Assembly (NCBI GenBank): GCA_905250025.1
Contig: CAJNOJ010000062.1
Location: forward strand, 365,974 to 429,973
Length of the DNA stretch: 64,000 bases
Direction: 5' to 3'
From: Adineta ricciae
Lineage: Eukaryota
Shown: piece after piece, positions 39,330-52,823 of the stretch
How the letters are laid out: each line of letters starts with the position of its first letter
Numbering within the stretch: the first letter of the stretch is position 1
Position numbers and translations under genes: made by a program
The notes under the pieces: model-generated
Seen by the model: the letters and a program-made list of their open reading frames with translations, nothing else
Databases searched by the model: none
Told to the model about the DNA's origin: nothing

Positions 39330-41692
39330 TTCATTCACCGGTTTCAGTCATTTCAATCGCTGTCATCTGCGGTGATGCAGGCAACAACACCACTCTTTCG
39401 CTTTCACGCTGATCTTCTTCACGTGGTCTCATACTACAATACAATTTCATCGTATATTAAATGCAATCGGATACACCATTCTTACTTCTGCAGAACAACC
39501 AGACAGATGCCTGCTAAAACTAACATCACCACACATGATGTAAATATCACAGACAGTGGCAAGTGCTAGACAGAATAGTGTGCGTGTGACGAGTGAAATT
39601 GTTGAAGATGATGCTCACCCACACAATGACTGCAAACATAAGAAGAAATCGAGGAATGCGGAAATAGTTCATAAGAGTCGATCGAACTGTAAATAGATGA
39701 CACAATGAAATAGTGTGCGAAGTATTGAATTGGATGACAATCTGTTACCTGAATCGGGAAGATATCGATTTCGCAACAGACTTATTGATGGCATATAAAT
39801 ACCAACACACAATTCATACATACACAAACCAGCAAAAACCAGTATTTGTGCCTAGAAAACAAACATACGTCGAATGCAGTCACATGATTGGAGATTCACA
39901 TTTTCTTCATAGTACTACGTTGACGGATATAGGTTATCAATTGACTTGAAATGTAAAAGATAGTTTTGAATAAAATAAGCAATTTGGTTCTGATCTGAGT
40001 GAAATCAGTCTTCTAAAGTCAAATTGTATTCAGTTATAGCGACAGAATACATTGAACATCATTTACTGATACTGGTAAAGGAACGAAACAAGTCGTCTTT
40101 TCTGTCGCAAATTTCTAGTCAGTTCTATTCAAAACCCACAACATCACAATAAAATCTACCGCTACTTTTCCTACGATATAAGAGAAAATCAAAAGACTAT
40201 GCTCACATCTGGAACAACCACTAATACGCCCAGCGCGGCTGCTGCTATTACCATAACAACTCTACAATATTCGAATCATAACATTTTCACAGGTTTTAAA
40301 TAGGACTACTTACGGCAAATATGAGTGAACATCAAATCGCTTCGCCAATACTTTGAACAAAAACGCACCCATCATATTAAATGTCTATCTCATACGTAAA
40401 CTATCAGTCATATTCTCACATAAGAAACAAGCAGCTCACCATAAAACCAGAAAACATAAAACCTAATGGCAATCTTTCAGAAATAATCCATTCCTTCGCT
40501 TCTTGCAGCGCAGGAGTCCATTCCATTGCATAAATATAAACGGTCGCTTCAAACAGACAAGTTGATAATCCAACTAGCAATACTCGTAGATCTACGCACG
40601 CAATATTATATATATGATGTTTCAAGAAAAAGGACTAGCCGTAATGATCTACTTCACCTGTACGAATGACTTTGATAGCCAATACAAATGATTCTGTGGC
40701 TTTTGCTTCGCGATCACCATAGTTCTCCCTCCACTTCCACAATACAAACACTATCATCACAAGATAGATGCCGATGGCCACTTCGAATGGTGCCCTACAA
40801 ATTTTCAACTTTTTCACATGCTTACACTGAGACAACACTTACCTGTAGCCGAGTAGCTCGGCTGAAACCTGAGCAACAATACCTGCTGCTACTGCTGACG
40901 AAGTGGCACATACGACTATTTGTTCAAATAACACGAATGAGCATACACCACATATAATCCATACAACATTCTAACTTACATGCATTTCGCAGCAGATGTT
41001 TTAGCGAATCAGTATCGAGATCGTTCTACAACCGAACACATACTCAACCTACGCTACATCGAAAGACAGACTATAACATACATCATGGTGTTCTTGCAAC
41101 AGCCAAGATTCGAAGTTAGTGTTGTAGAGCGAATGAGCCATACCACGAAATATACTTCCCAACACAAGAACAGAAAGGATATTGAAGTTCTTGAAGAGCA
41201 GAAAGAGTTGTTAGAGTAAGTGAGAGAAGAGGCGATGAGGATACTGACGAGTGAGAGACAATGGATGGTGTAGAAGACTGAAGAGAGAATACATGCTAGT
41301 CGACGTCCACTAAATGTAGAGAATGAGTGAAGTATGTTGTAAGGGTGAAGTTGATACTCACAACTTGTCAGAAAGTGAAGATGTGATTGTGCCAAGACAC
41401 AGGGTGGAAAGGTGTGCACAGAGATAGAGTGACTCGATAGTTGATCGTGGAATGTTGTACGACGCGAGAAGAGCATATCGGTAGGATCCTTGTAGATTGT
41501 TTCCAGCTATGAGAGAGAGAGAGAAATGTGGGAAACGATGACTGGGGGGTGATGGTGATGGTGTTGGAAAGAGAAGGAGGAGAATACCTGCAGCAAACCC
41601 ATAAGCAACGAGATAGATGAGTTGTAATTGTTTGAAGATGAGGGAATCTGAAGATGATGGTTGAGGGAATTCGTCAAGTGGAATAGTCATAC
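39330..41692 (-). CDS. MFSD5: MFSD5-like MFS transporter, tandem copy 2.
   Basis: This is paralogous to copy 1: ...VDLRVLLVGLSTCLFEATVYIYAMEWTPALQEAKEWIISERLPLGFMFSGFMV..., ...RAPFEVAIGIYLVMIVFVLWKWRENYGDREAK..., and an N-terminus MTIPLDEFPQPSSSDSLIFKQLQLIYLVAYGFAAG.... The 5' third (about 40931-41490) is essentially identical at the nucleotide level to copy 1 (36975-37530). Confidence 0.75.
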
Positions 41693-42655
41693 CGATCTAT
41701 GAGATTGTTAATGTGAAAGTTGAAATAAATGCGCAATGTGATGTGTGAATTCTCTTGCAAGTCGTTCTACATGCATGCATGATTGCAGTTGTGAAATACG
41801 AGCATGTAGGAAAGAATGGTCATGGTATTTCTCCAGTGGGCGTTTATATAGATTGATTGATTGGTAAAAAGACATTTCGTTTAGTTGTTTTTCTCAATAG
41901 AATGTTTGCTTCATTGTAACTGTCCACTGACTATAGGCGAAAAGAGTAACAAATGAGTTTCTCTTCTTTCTCGTCCGTGGGTTTGAAAATGTTCCAGTAA
42001 GCTAGAAACAGCGAGTTGACAGGTTACCAAGAGCACTGTTGATATCAATTAAAACTATTTGATTAGTTTACTCTATATTCAATCAAAAAGTAGTGTATCG
42101 ATTATTATCTTCTTTGGATTCGCTTATTTCATCTGACCCGAACTTGATCTGAAAGAATTCGATTATCTCTACACAAGAATACATGATGGAATTTATTAAT
42201 TTACTTGTGATATGCATCATGGATATGTGTTCAATTACGTATTGTCTACTGAAGAACAGAAACACAGAAAACTGTTTTATCTTTGATATATTCAGTTTGT
42301 TGAGAACGTATTTTCACCTCAAGCGTCACCTAAATTCAGTCAAATATTTATCGCATAACACTCCACAATACCTTACAACATCATAGAGCGTATCCAGAGG
42401 TGTTCGAGATTGCAGAAAATGCTTTTAGCTGATCCATATTCATAATGTTCTCCAAGAACAACCTGGTCAAACATCTCAGCCTAACACATCACTCACATTA
42501 TAGCGGATGTTTGCGGAAGAAAAAGTGTTTGAAGATCTAGTGCGAATGCGGACATGGTTTATTTATTATTTCTATTTTTATTAGTGGATATTTTGATCAA
42601 ATGGTTTGTTTCATTCATGATTTAGTAAAAACACTAGTTATGAGTCCGTTGGTTC

Positions 42656-44797
42656 CTATTCTGGGTTCGCACCTTGTATCGAGATGTGCTTATAATTAAT
42701 ACCGTTTGTCATCCGATTCGATGCAGGCAGTAATGTTGTTTTCACATTCATAGACGGAGCAATTGGCAACAACACCATTCTTTCACTTTCACGCTGATTT
42801 TCTTCACGTTGCTTCATACTGAAATAAAACTTTGACATATACCGAAGCAAACGAACCACATCATTCTTACTTGCGGAGAATGAGTAGAGAAACACCGGCT
42901 AACAATAGCATCAATACGCATAACGTGAATATCACAGACAAAGGAAAATGCTAAACAAAATTGAATATGTGATCGGTGTGATTGTTGAAGATGATTCTCA
43001 CCCAAATGATAATTGAAAACATGAAAATAAATCGGGGAACACGAAAATAGTTCATAAGAGTCGATCGAACTACGAACATAGGATATGATGGGATGATGAA
43101 CTGAGCAGTTGATTTGACGACGGTTACTTACCTGAGTCTGGTAGATACTGATTTCGTAACAAGCTGATTGACGGTTCGTATATTCCCACACAATATTCGA
43201 AGAGGAAAATACCAAAAATAACTAGTGATTGAATCTGAAACGAACTATTCGGTGCATATTAACAGAGCATGTAGAAGGTACTGACATTCGAAAACATAGC
43301 TACTATTGCTACTGCAATCATTGCCACCATGATAATTGCCCTGGAAGAATGAATATACATATGTATCTATCAAAATGAATAATTGATTTCAGATGCTTAC
43401 AGTAAATATGTGTGCACATTGTAGCGTTTGGATAATGCTTTGAATGTAAATGCACCCATCATGTTAAATGTCTATATGATGTTTCAATATTCATCCATTT
43501 TTTGATGTAACAAACGAATTTCTTACCATAAAAGCGGAAAACATGAAGCCTAGTGGTAAAGAATCGGATATTGTCCATACTTTAGCATTTTGTATAGATG
43601 GAGTCCATTCTATCGAGAAAATATAAATAGTTGCTTCGAAAAAACTTGTTACCAGTCCAACTAGTACCACTCTAGCGTCTAAACATAAGGTGATATTTAA
43701 TAAACTGCATCTTTCGTTCATAGCCTCCGATTGTTTGTGTTACCTGTCCGAAGTACATCAAAAGCTGACACGAATGAGGATATGACTCGTGCACCACGAT
43801 CACCGTAGTTCTCCTTCCACCTCCACATCGTTAACGCAATCATCATCAAATAAACACCCACTGCTAGATCAAATGGCGCTCTAAAGAATATCAATTCAAA
43901 CTGAAAGTTGTCCGCGACTAGGAAAACTCACGCATATCCAAGAAATTTTGCGGATAGTTGAGCAACGATACCTGCTGCTACTGCTGACGAAGTGGCACAT
44001 ACGACTATTTGTTCAAATAACACAGATGAGCATATACCACACATATTCCATACAACATTCTAACTTACATGCGTTTCGCAGCAGATGCTTTAGCGAATCA
44101 GTATCAAGATCGTTCTACAACCGAACACATACTCAACCTACACTACACCGAAAGACAGACTATAACATACATCATGGTGTTCTTGCAACAGCCAAGATTC
44201 GAAGTTAGTATTGTAGAGCGAATGAGCCATACCACGAAATATACTTCCCAACACAAGAACAGAGAGGATATTGAAGTTCTTGAAGAGCAGAAAGAACTGT
44301 TAGACTAAGTGAGAGAAGAGGCAATGAGGATACTGACGAGTGAGAGACAATGGATGGTGTAGAAGACTGAAGAGAGAATGCATGCTAGTCGACGTCCACT
44401 AAAAGCAAGCAGAGTAACAATTCAGTGTTATTGAATTGAATGAATGCGTTTCTTTGAATTTAGTGTGCGAAAAGCAGACTTACGATACATCTGAGAGTGA
44501 AGAGATCACTGTACCAAGACATAGTGTTGACAGATGTGCGCAGAGATAGAGACCTTCGATTGTAGATCGTTGAAGATTGTACGAATGAAGGATAGCATAT
44601 CGATAAGGGCCTTGAAGATTGTTACCAACTAAAGAATTATTATATCGTTCTGTAAGAACTTTCGTTTATGTCAAGAGAGATAAAATACCTGCTGCAAGCG
44701 TGTACACAAGTAAATAGTCTGCTTGAAGTTGTTTGAATGTGAGTGATTTTGAAGAGAGTATATTGATGAAAGGATCAGTACTGTATGCAATCCGGTT
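42656..44797 (-). CDS. MFSD5: MFSD5-like MFS transporter, tandem copy 3.
   Basis: This is paralogous to the other copies: ...DARVVLVGLVTSFFEATIYIFSIEWTPSIQNAKVWTISDSLPLGFMFSAFMV..., a C-terminal exon ...QREENQRESERMVLLPIAPSMNV..., and an N-terminus MNRIAYSTDPFINILSSKSLTFKQLQADYLLVYTLAAG at about 44797. Confidence 0.7.
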
Positions 44798-47348
44798 CAT
44801 TATTGTGGTAGATATGATTGAAATAGAGGATTATTTGTATTTGTTATGTATAATATAACTGGAATTGGATTCGATCAATGAGTGTTGAGTGTCTAGAGAA
44901 CATGGTGTATTCTTGTCGATGCTGACGTGCTGCTTGATCCTAAAATGAAAAGACGATTGCGTGTGCAAGTATATTACCGTATTCTTCGATAGTCTAATAA
45001 AATAGCTTTCTGACGTATAATTCATGATTTGATCAATGAACTTCATACATGCAATAAGGTCATGTTTCGGCACATTTGTTTTCTGTTATGAAATACCAGA
45101 AAGTTACTGGGAGTCAAATGAGAATACATATTTTTAAACAATTAGTGGAAACCATGCTAAACCAATTTGGTATAAGTGTGCACATTTATTATTTGATTAT
45201 TTTTCTAACTGGATTAAAGCAAAAAGCGAGGCAATTTTGAAATGACATAGATTATAGATCATACACGTGATGAGTTCGCTTGATGCGTTTACGACTTTCG
45301 TTGTTATCCGATATTTGACCATCAATCGTATAAATTTTGACTTCAATTCACTTACCATAGTTGTACTGTAAGTAATCTATTCGCTTGTTATCTAACCATG
45401 TAATTATCTCTGGGATTGAATTCGATAAGTATTCAACATAATAAAAGATGATTGTTGGTACCCGTTTGATATTTGAGAGTTCGCTTGATAGTTTCGATTA
45501 CAGATATGTGGGATTTTGAGGTAACAAATTCAATCCAGTTCTAGTGAATCGATGACCGGAATTGTCGTTTGAAGGTCATGAGTAACAAGTAAACCGAATG
45601 TTCGGATGTAGAATACATTGATTAACAATTTTCTTGTTGTTTCCGAAAGATTGTTACTCGTAAAATGTTCTACCAACCAGACTTCATTCACTCGAGAAAG
45701 ATCTAGCAATCTGGATACACGACTAATTAAATCATTCGAACATTCATAGTGTACATCCAAAGCAAGTTTGTTGATGTTTTTCTAATCGCGCTGATGATAT
45801 AGATTTGCCTAGAAAACAAAATACAATTAAATATATATATAGTTGCCTTGAACTAATCAAATCTTTCTCGTGTAAATCATAAATTAACTATTGTTTGTCT
45901 ACAATATACTCCGAAATTCATACTTACTCGCTGTCATCGTTCAATGTGATATTTAGTGAGATTATCTATGGCTGGCAAATTGATTAGTGGAAAATATTGG
46001 TGAGTGAAATGTAAGGTTTTCACTCACAGGTCCATTGTCTCGTCTCAAGTCGGAATATTGAGCAAAACTGAAATGAAATGTTTTAAAACGTGGCAGTTTT
46101 CTCTCGAGAAAAATCATTCATTGAAGGAATCGGGGAGCAAATGCGTACGAACGGGTAGATTTGTTTCGAAATTTGACATGGCTAACATGAGGAAAAGATG
46201 ATAAGAAAAGCTCAAGTTCATCTTTTGTCGAGTGTCAACGAAGTCAATTGCTTATGTGAAATGATTCGAGCGAATTGATTGTTAAATTGCATCCTGCATT
46301 CTTGCACTACAAACACTCGTCGATTTCGTGATTGATGAAGAATAGCATTTAACTGTTTCTTAATACAAGTTTCCACCCTCAACTTTCCTTCTAGTATCCG
46401 ATGTTGCACAATCATACGCATACTGTTTGGTTTTTTTCCACACTCTGTTTATGTGTTTCTCAGTTTCTTTTGTTTTTCTCCCTGCTCGATCTCGTTCTTG
46501 ACCAAGCTCATCCATGACTAAAGAGTTAAAACTGAAATATTATTATATAGTGTAATCAGAACACTTACATTTTTCGGCACCATTTAGCTTCTACGCGTTT
46601 GTTTCTCATGATGAGTTATTGTATGGAGAAATGAAATTCTACTTATGAATTTTCTATATATCACACGGGACTTTAAAAGAACTATGATATTGTGAACAAA
46701 TATTCAAGTTACATTACTATTTTCGTTTTCTTCCTGCATTCTTTCGTATTGTTTGTATTCGTACATGTACAAGATAGAAATGATAATGATAATTATTTCT
46801 TTCTTATACACTGATGTGTAAATATTCTCATGAATAAATCAAGCATTCCATGAACAACTGCGTCGAACAACACTTGAAAAGATGCTCAAGATTCAATCAG
46901 TGATTGCAGTGGTAACAACTGAATATTTATTTTAAAAAACAAGAGCAAAACATGCATGGCTCACTCCTGCGAGAGTTAATAAATACATCAATAAATCACT
47001 GAAACTATTGTTCTCGTAATACAGCTTACAATTTCAAGTCTATTAATTGTATCATTTAACCTTTTACGAATAATTACCTCAATTCTCCAATTAGATAAAT
47101 TGGCTAGACCTTTTGCAAACTCAGGACAGGTCAATGTTTTCGTTAAGATAAACAAAAAACATCCACACAGAAGTGGGTTTAGAATCTTTTATATATAACC
47201 AATCAATTATTGCAATTATCTATTGACAACCGAATGATATCGACTGACGTGACATGTTTATTCGTTTATGTCTTTGTTTATATAACATACAATGACGAAA
47301 AAAAAGAAAGCAGTCGGACGGAATGAAATACACGTACGGTATACTTAA

Positions 47349-50303
47349 TTAAACTGTAGTTACTGTCTGTTTCATCAGATTCACATCAGTTGAGTCGTCA
47401 AGATTATGAGTATTAATATCGGTGAAATACGTTTTCGTTGATGATCGAATTTTTTCTTGATGTAAATAGTTTTTTGTTTTGATTATGAAGAAAATTAACA
47501 GAATGGCAACAGTTATTGTCAGGATAATCAAAAGAATAATAATCGAAATAAAAATATAATGTTGTCGAAGAAATGGAAATGAAACCAGATAAGAATTCGT
47601 TGACAGTAATTGTGAACAATTCGTTGAGAGTTCATCAGCATTCGAATATGGTTGACAATGAACATAGTTATCACATATTAATGAACGATGAATAGAAAAT
47701 GCGGTTTCATTCCTCGGTTGACAATCAAGATAATCCGGGTCGGTTGTTTTCGGTCGAATGATGGTCCATGTCAAATGGAAACCTTTCAGCAATTCTCCTG
47801 TTTGACGAGTGAACGAAATAAACTGTACTGTAAACCAATTTGACTTTGTTATTATATAAGAAATGGTCTCCTGCTGTCCGCATAATTCATCAATACGTTC
47901 CTCACTGAAAATTTTTAGAACAGATGATTGACATCCTTGTGGTGGATCTTTTGTTTTCGAGCCTTCTAAATCAACAACAGTCAGATCCAATTTAAATTGA
48001 TAATCAACTTTTGTTCGATATGACCATTCGCAAATGACATTCTCCGGATAACCGCTACTTGATAGATTTCCTGATGATTGTTCTTTGTCATAGATTTCAA
48101 TTATTGGATCGAATGGCGTTCGACATTGTGAGGAAAAGAGCGGATGCGTTCGATTAACGAATTCGTAACGACCATCGAAGCCTAAACCAGTCTCCGAATC
48201 GTTATTCGAACGAAAGTGGATACGGAATTGTTCAACTGAATGATCTGTTAGATACGGTGGCGGATAGTTCCGATATCCGCAGTAAATATACGGATAGGAT
48301 TTGTATAATGAATGTGATCGATACGTATAAGTTAAGTTATCCGATGGACAATTAATCACGTCGTTATCAGCAATATTGAAATAGTCATACGAGATAAGAA
48401 GACGAAAATTCGAATTGAGAATTTGAAAATGAAATGTGCAATTTGCATTTGAGAAGTAGTCTTCATCTGATGAACGTGGTGGTTGAAATTTTCCTTGAAG
48501 AAAAACAAACAGGTAGACAATGATGCTTTTTCTCTCTGTATTCTTTCCGTCGCTTCCTTACCGTTCAGTGCTCGAGATTGATAATAGAAAAGACTACAAT
48601 CACCTGTATTGATTAACTGGGATTTATTTTTAGATAATTGGTGATAACTTTTAATGAATCTGTATTTGGCTTGAAATTTACCACCGTTTACTAGCGATGG
48701 CAAAAGGTTGTTTGCTGGACGCGTTTTGGGTATGAAAGATAATTTTAGTAGAGAATTCTGAGAAACGAAACGTCCTTCTGGTTTGAAATGTCCACAAAAT
48801 GTCAAATTCTCTTTAAAATCTACTTCTTGTTGATAATAATTATTAAACGATTTCTCCTTACTGACCAACGTTGAGTTAACAAACGAATAAGATGGGTGCG
48901 ATTGTAAATGATAATCGTGTATTCTACTTGCATTGTAGATAACAAAGATGGCTAGTTGACAATCGATATCGAATTGTTCGAATTCAATTTCAACGTTTTC
49001 TAAACCATAACGATCATCGATACCTAATAGATATGTCGAACATGATGTTTGCGGTTTATAGAAATTAGGCCAATTCGGTGACTGAAGAATTCCATGACCT
49101 TTTCCAAATGATTTAATCGTTTGATCACATTCTGTACCAGATAAATACTGATTAGTTTGATTTCTGGGTATAAAATCCAATGTTGTCAATGTCGAGAGGA
49201 ATTCATATTCAGCGTAGAAGCCTTTCCGCCAGAGTGATGGCATTGATGCTTCATTAAGTTGCGATTGTTCTTCATTAGTTAACTCTGCGTAATGTGTGGT
49301 AATGAAATAGAATAATAAAGAACTTTTCGTTGAATAAACATCCAATGGCATTGAGTAAGTTCCGCACAGATCTGTAATATGTTGAGAATCACTTTGTTCA
49401 GATAGAAGTCCACCATCAACAGGACTGGTTTGTTTAAAGCTCGAAAGAAATCTTTCCAGTTCAATTGGACGAAGTGTGTTGTCATACAAACGAATCAAGT
49501 CTATTGCACAATGTTGCGCATTTGGTGTTTTAAACAACATTAAATCGCGAAAACGTATATGAACACGTTCATTGGACTGACCAACAAATGAATAATTGCA
49601 GAATTGCCACTAAACAAAGCGAATACCGTTGAATCGGCATTAGTCATTATGTATTTTCCTACCGGTAGATATGTTCCGGGGTATGTTGGCGAGAAGAATT
49701 CTCCACGTTTAGATTTCGATGAATCAAAAATGTAATCGCATGGTTCGCGTATGAGATTCTCTTTATATCGTTGTGCCGGTATGAAACGAAATGAACCATT
49801 AAAACCTCTTTCAGTTTGCATATCTTCAGTGAAAAAGCCCAATAAAAGTAAATTGGTTATAGATATCAACAATGGCGGTTTATTTCGTCCACAGAAACGA
49901 TGGAGCAATTGATCATTGACAAGATTAAAGTCAGTCAGATTGATAAAGACGTCGAGATAATCGTGTGTACATTGCGGTGAAACACCGCGGATTTCAAAAA
50001 AATCAATTTCAATAACGACACGGTAATTAGTAGAAGCTACGAATTGATAGAAAATAATCGCATCTTGTGGATAGTTATGAGGAAAATTCGGACCTGAAAC
50101 GAAAAGATAAAAAAAGAACTTCGCGGAAAGAAAAATTTGCTTTTCTTACTTGAAAAAACACCACCATCTGATCCATATTGTGACATATTAAAACTAAGAT
50201 ATTGTGTTTCAACAATGTCCAATGATTTATGTAATGGATCTTCTTGACATTCAATACAATGTAGTATCGAGTAGAAATATACGAAAATAAATACGAAATT
50301 CAT
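47349..50303 (-). CDS. Single-pass type-I membrane protein with multiple CUB domains (NETO / LEV-10 / SOL-1-like architecture): signal peptide, CUB x>=3, TM helix, short cytoplasmic tail.
   Basis: Signal peptide: MNFVFIFVYFYSILHCIEC. CUB domains: ...PNFPHNYPQDAIIFYQFVASTNYRVVIEIDFFEIRGVSPQCTHDYLDVFINL...FCG...; ...CDQTIKSFGKGHGILQSPNWPNFYKPQTSCSTYLLGIDDRYGLENVEIEFEQFDIDC...; ...SSSGYPENVICEWSYRTKVDYQFKLDLTVVDLEG...CQSSVLKIFSEERIDELCGQ.... A TM segment IFISIIILLIILTITVAILLIFFII is followed by a basic/polar tail. The long ORFs 49540..49908, 48356..49540 and 47349..48359 are contiguous but frame-shifted at two points. Confidence 0.7.
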
Positions 50304-52823
50304 GCTCGAATTCCATCGGATTTAATACGAGAAGATTTGACGACATAGTTGTCGTCGTTGAAGTATGAACAGCATTCAATAGATCATTGAAATCTTGACT
50401 ACGGATATGCGCATCGAATCTACAAGAAACAGAATAGCATCCGGTATAAATTGGTCGATTATGCATGGTTTTGTTCTACTAAGAGTTCCTACTTCTGTCT
50501 TTCCCGTCTGACGACGTATGTTTTTTTTGTTATGGATTGTTTAGACGGCGTACACAAGACATGAATAATTTGTACGATTGACTGTGTTTTATATAAGCTA
50601 AAAAGAACGAAACAGAGTAGAAAAGCTATCGAATGTAAGATATTTGTCGCATCTTGAGGGTGAGCATATAGAGAAGAAAGAGATGACGTCTTTCGTAGGA
50701 GCGTTTCTCCTTCTTCGATAAGATATAATTGTTGAAAAGCGATGCATCAGATGGAAGTTATCATCTGTTTTGTTGACATTGAATTAAGTTACGATGTATT
50801 AGATTGTCCTTAATGAAGAATACTGGTTCTCACCGATAATACTCATAAAATATCACTAAGTATGTGGAGAACATTTTCTTATCTATAATTATCTAAATGA
50901 TGATGATTGATTAGTTGAAAGATTTTGACGATGTATCATCAGAACATTACACAGACAACATCGGTTTGTTCTCATTTTTTGTGTATGCACTTGATGAGAG
51001 GACTACTTACTGTCGGTTCTCATTTTGTTCATACATCTAAATGATTGTGTATATATACATGTGTACCGTCTATCATATCATATTCAGGTCAACTCATTCG
51101 ATATATATATGTATATAGAACTTGACGTCATTGTTTTTTCCTCTTCATTGAATGTAACACGATTGGCTAGAATAATGTATTCAATGTTTAACTGATGTTC
51201 TTACCTGAAGGAACAGACGAGTATAGAATACATGCGGTATTCGATTTTGTAAGTGACACCGAAACGTCCGAGTGTGATTTCGATATGAAAGACTTTACAT
51301 AACTTTTTTGTAATTATACTTTTACCAATGACAATGTCGACGATTCGCTCTCGATCAAATTGCTGACGAAACATGCCGTATTTTGTATAATCTGAATAGG
51401 AACGGACTGACAATGGATTTTATATCTTATCTATGTGTGTGCGTGACAGCAGCTAAGGACACATACATAAGTCGCAAATGGTAATCATCTTCAACTAAAC
51501 TAAGTGATCTCGAGAGTCCGTGGATTACAGAAGAGGAAGACTATGTTTAGATGAACATGTTTCCTTTTCTTTTCATAAAGAACTGTATTTTATTGAAGTA
51601 TATCTTTATATTTTAGATTGCATCTCGTTGGTAGAGTCGTCAGTGAACAGCCAAAATAAATACTGACGAACCGTTCAAACCAAAAAAAGCTCATCAATTA
51701 TTCAATAGAGACATCATCAGTCCATATAATTACGTTAACAGTAGTTTCATGAGGATCTAAAAGTTATTAAACACAGTAGCGTGTTTCTTGCGCTCTCCCT
51801 CTCATATACATTGTGTTCGATGTTTTCGTATTTCTGTTAAGCTCGACGACATACCAGTTCTTTCTTCGATTAAATATGGTCACGTTATGTACTTGCCTTG
51901 AGTGATAGACAAAACGTCGAGTATATATGAAGTGTTTGATATTCGTAAGGGAAATTATTGGATTAGATTGATGATTTGACATGGTGTAAAGTTGTCACTA
52001 AGTACCTAGTAACGTACATAATTGATTCTTTTGTTATTTATTGTGATGTGTTAGCTATTGTTTGTGTATATTTAGTGGAATTAATCGGTTTACGGGTGAG
52101 TGAATAATAAAAGTAGTTCGATAGTTTGTGTATTGAAAGCAACCTTTTTCTGTAAGGTAAAATATTTCAATCGACGCATATTCCCTCGACTTGTTGAGCA
52201 TGATCGTGGAAGGTTATGGGTTTTTTTTTCTGAACACGAACCGATTCACATAAGATTGGATGAATGCTTGAACCGATTGTAAAAAGAAGACAAACTTCCT
52301 TATAGTGACATCTGATTAAACCACGCTCATTCGTCGACGGCGTTAGAAGGATGGATAGTAATAAAAAAAAAAGAATTTTTTATGTTCTGTTTTTTTTGCA
52401 ACTAAAAACGAGAATAAATAGAAAGACAAAAAACTTGATTCTCACTTTCTCTTACATATCCTTGAAAAACCATGTGTTTGCTTGACGATCTAACTGTTTT
52501 ATTTTGCTTTCTAGCAGGATTATGATCTAACATCGAATGATTCATTAAGGAGTCGGTATTATGATCTTTGTATTTATTCGTATAGATTAAATCAGTTTAC
52601 GCCAAGCTTTTTCTTCTCTTGGCCTTTATCGAGATAAAAGCACATTACTCAGAGTTAAATGCATAGTATAACGATCAGCGTTCGTTTTGTTTTTATCAGA
52701 AGAGTAAAACGTAACCGACCAATGATGCATTTTATTAGATTAATTATTTATAAAGGTCGTTGAAACGAAATCGCAAGACTTTAACGAATCGATTTCACAT
52801 ACGACGCATGTTTTCTGCTTTAG

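Larger units (their letters stand above)
35090..44797 (-). repeat. A tandem triplication of an MFSD5-like gene unit of about 3.6-4 kb, in head-to-tail arrangement on the minus strand. It includes a near-identical tract of about 550 bp shared by copies 1 and 2 (36975-37530 and 40931-41490) and a partially shared tract in copy 3 (about 44025-44400).
   Basis: The duplicated ORF pairs in the six-frame track include 37024..37263 and 40980..41219 with 44069..44308, 37098..37520 with 41054..41476, and 36418..36630 with 40416..40625 and 43491..43721. Identical nucleotide strings longer than 250 bp are visible by eye; one example is the run from ...taaacgagagaagaggcgatgaggatactgacgagtgagagacaatggatggtg... 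to ...gatccttgtagattgtttccagctatgagaga. Confidence 0.8.
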
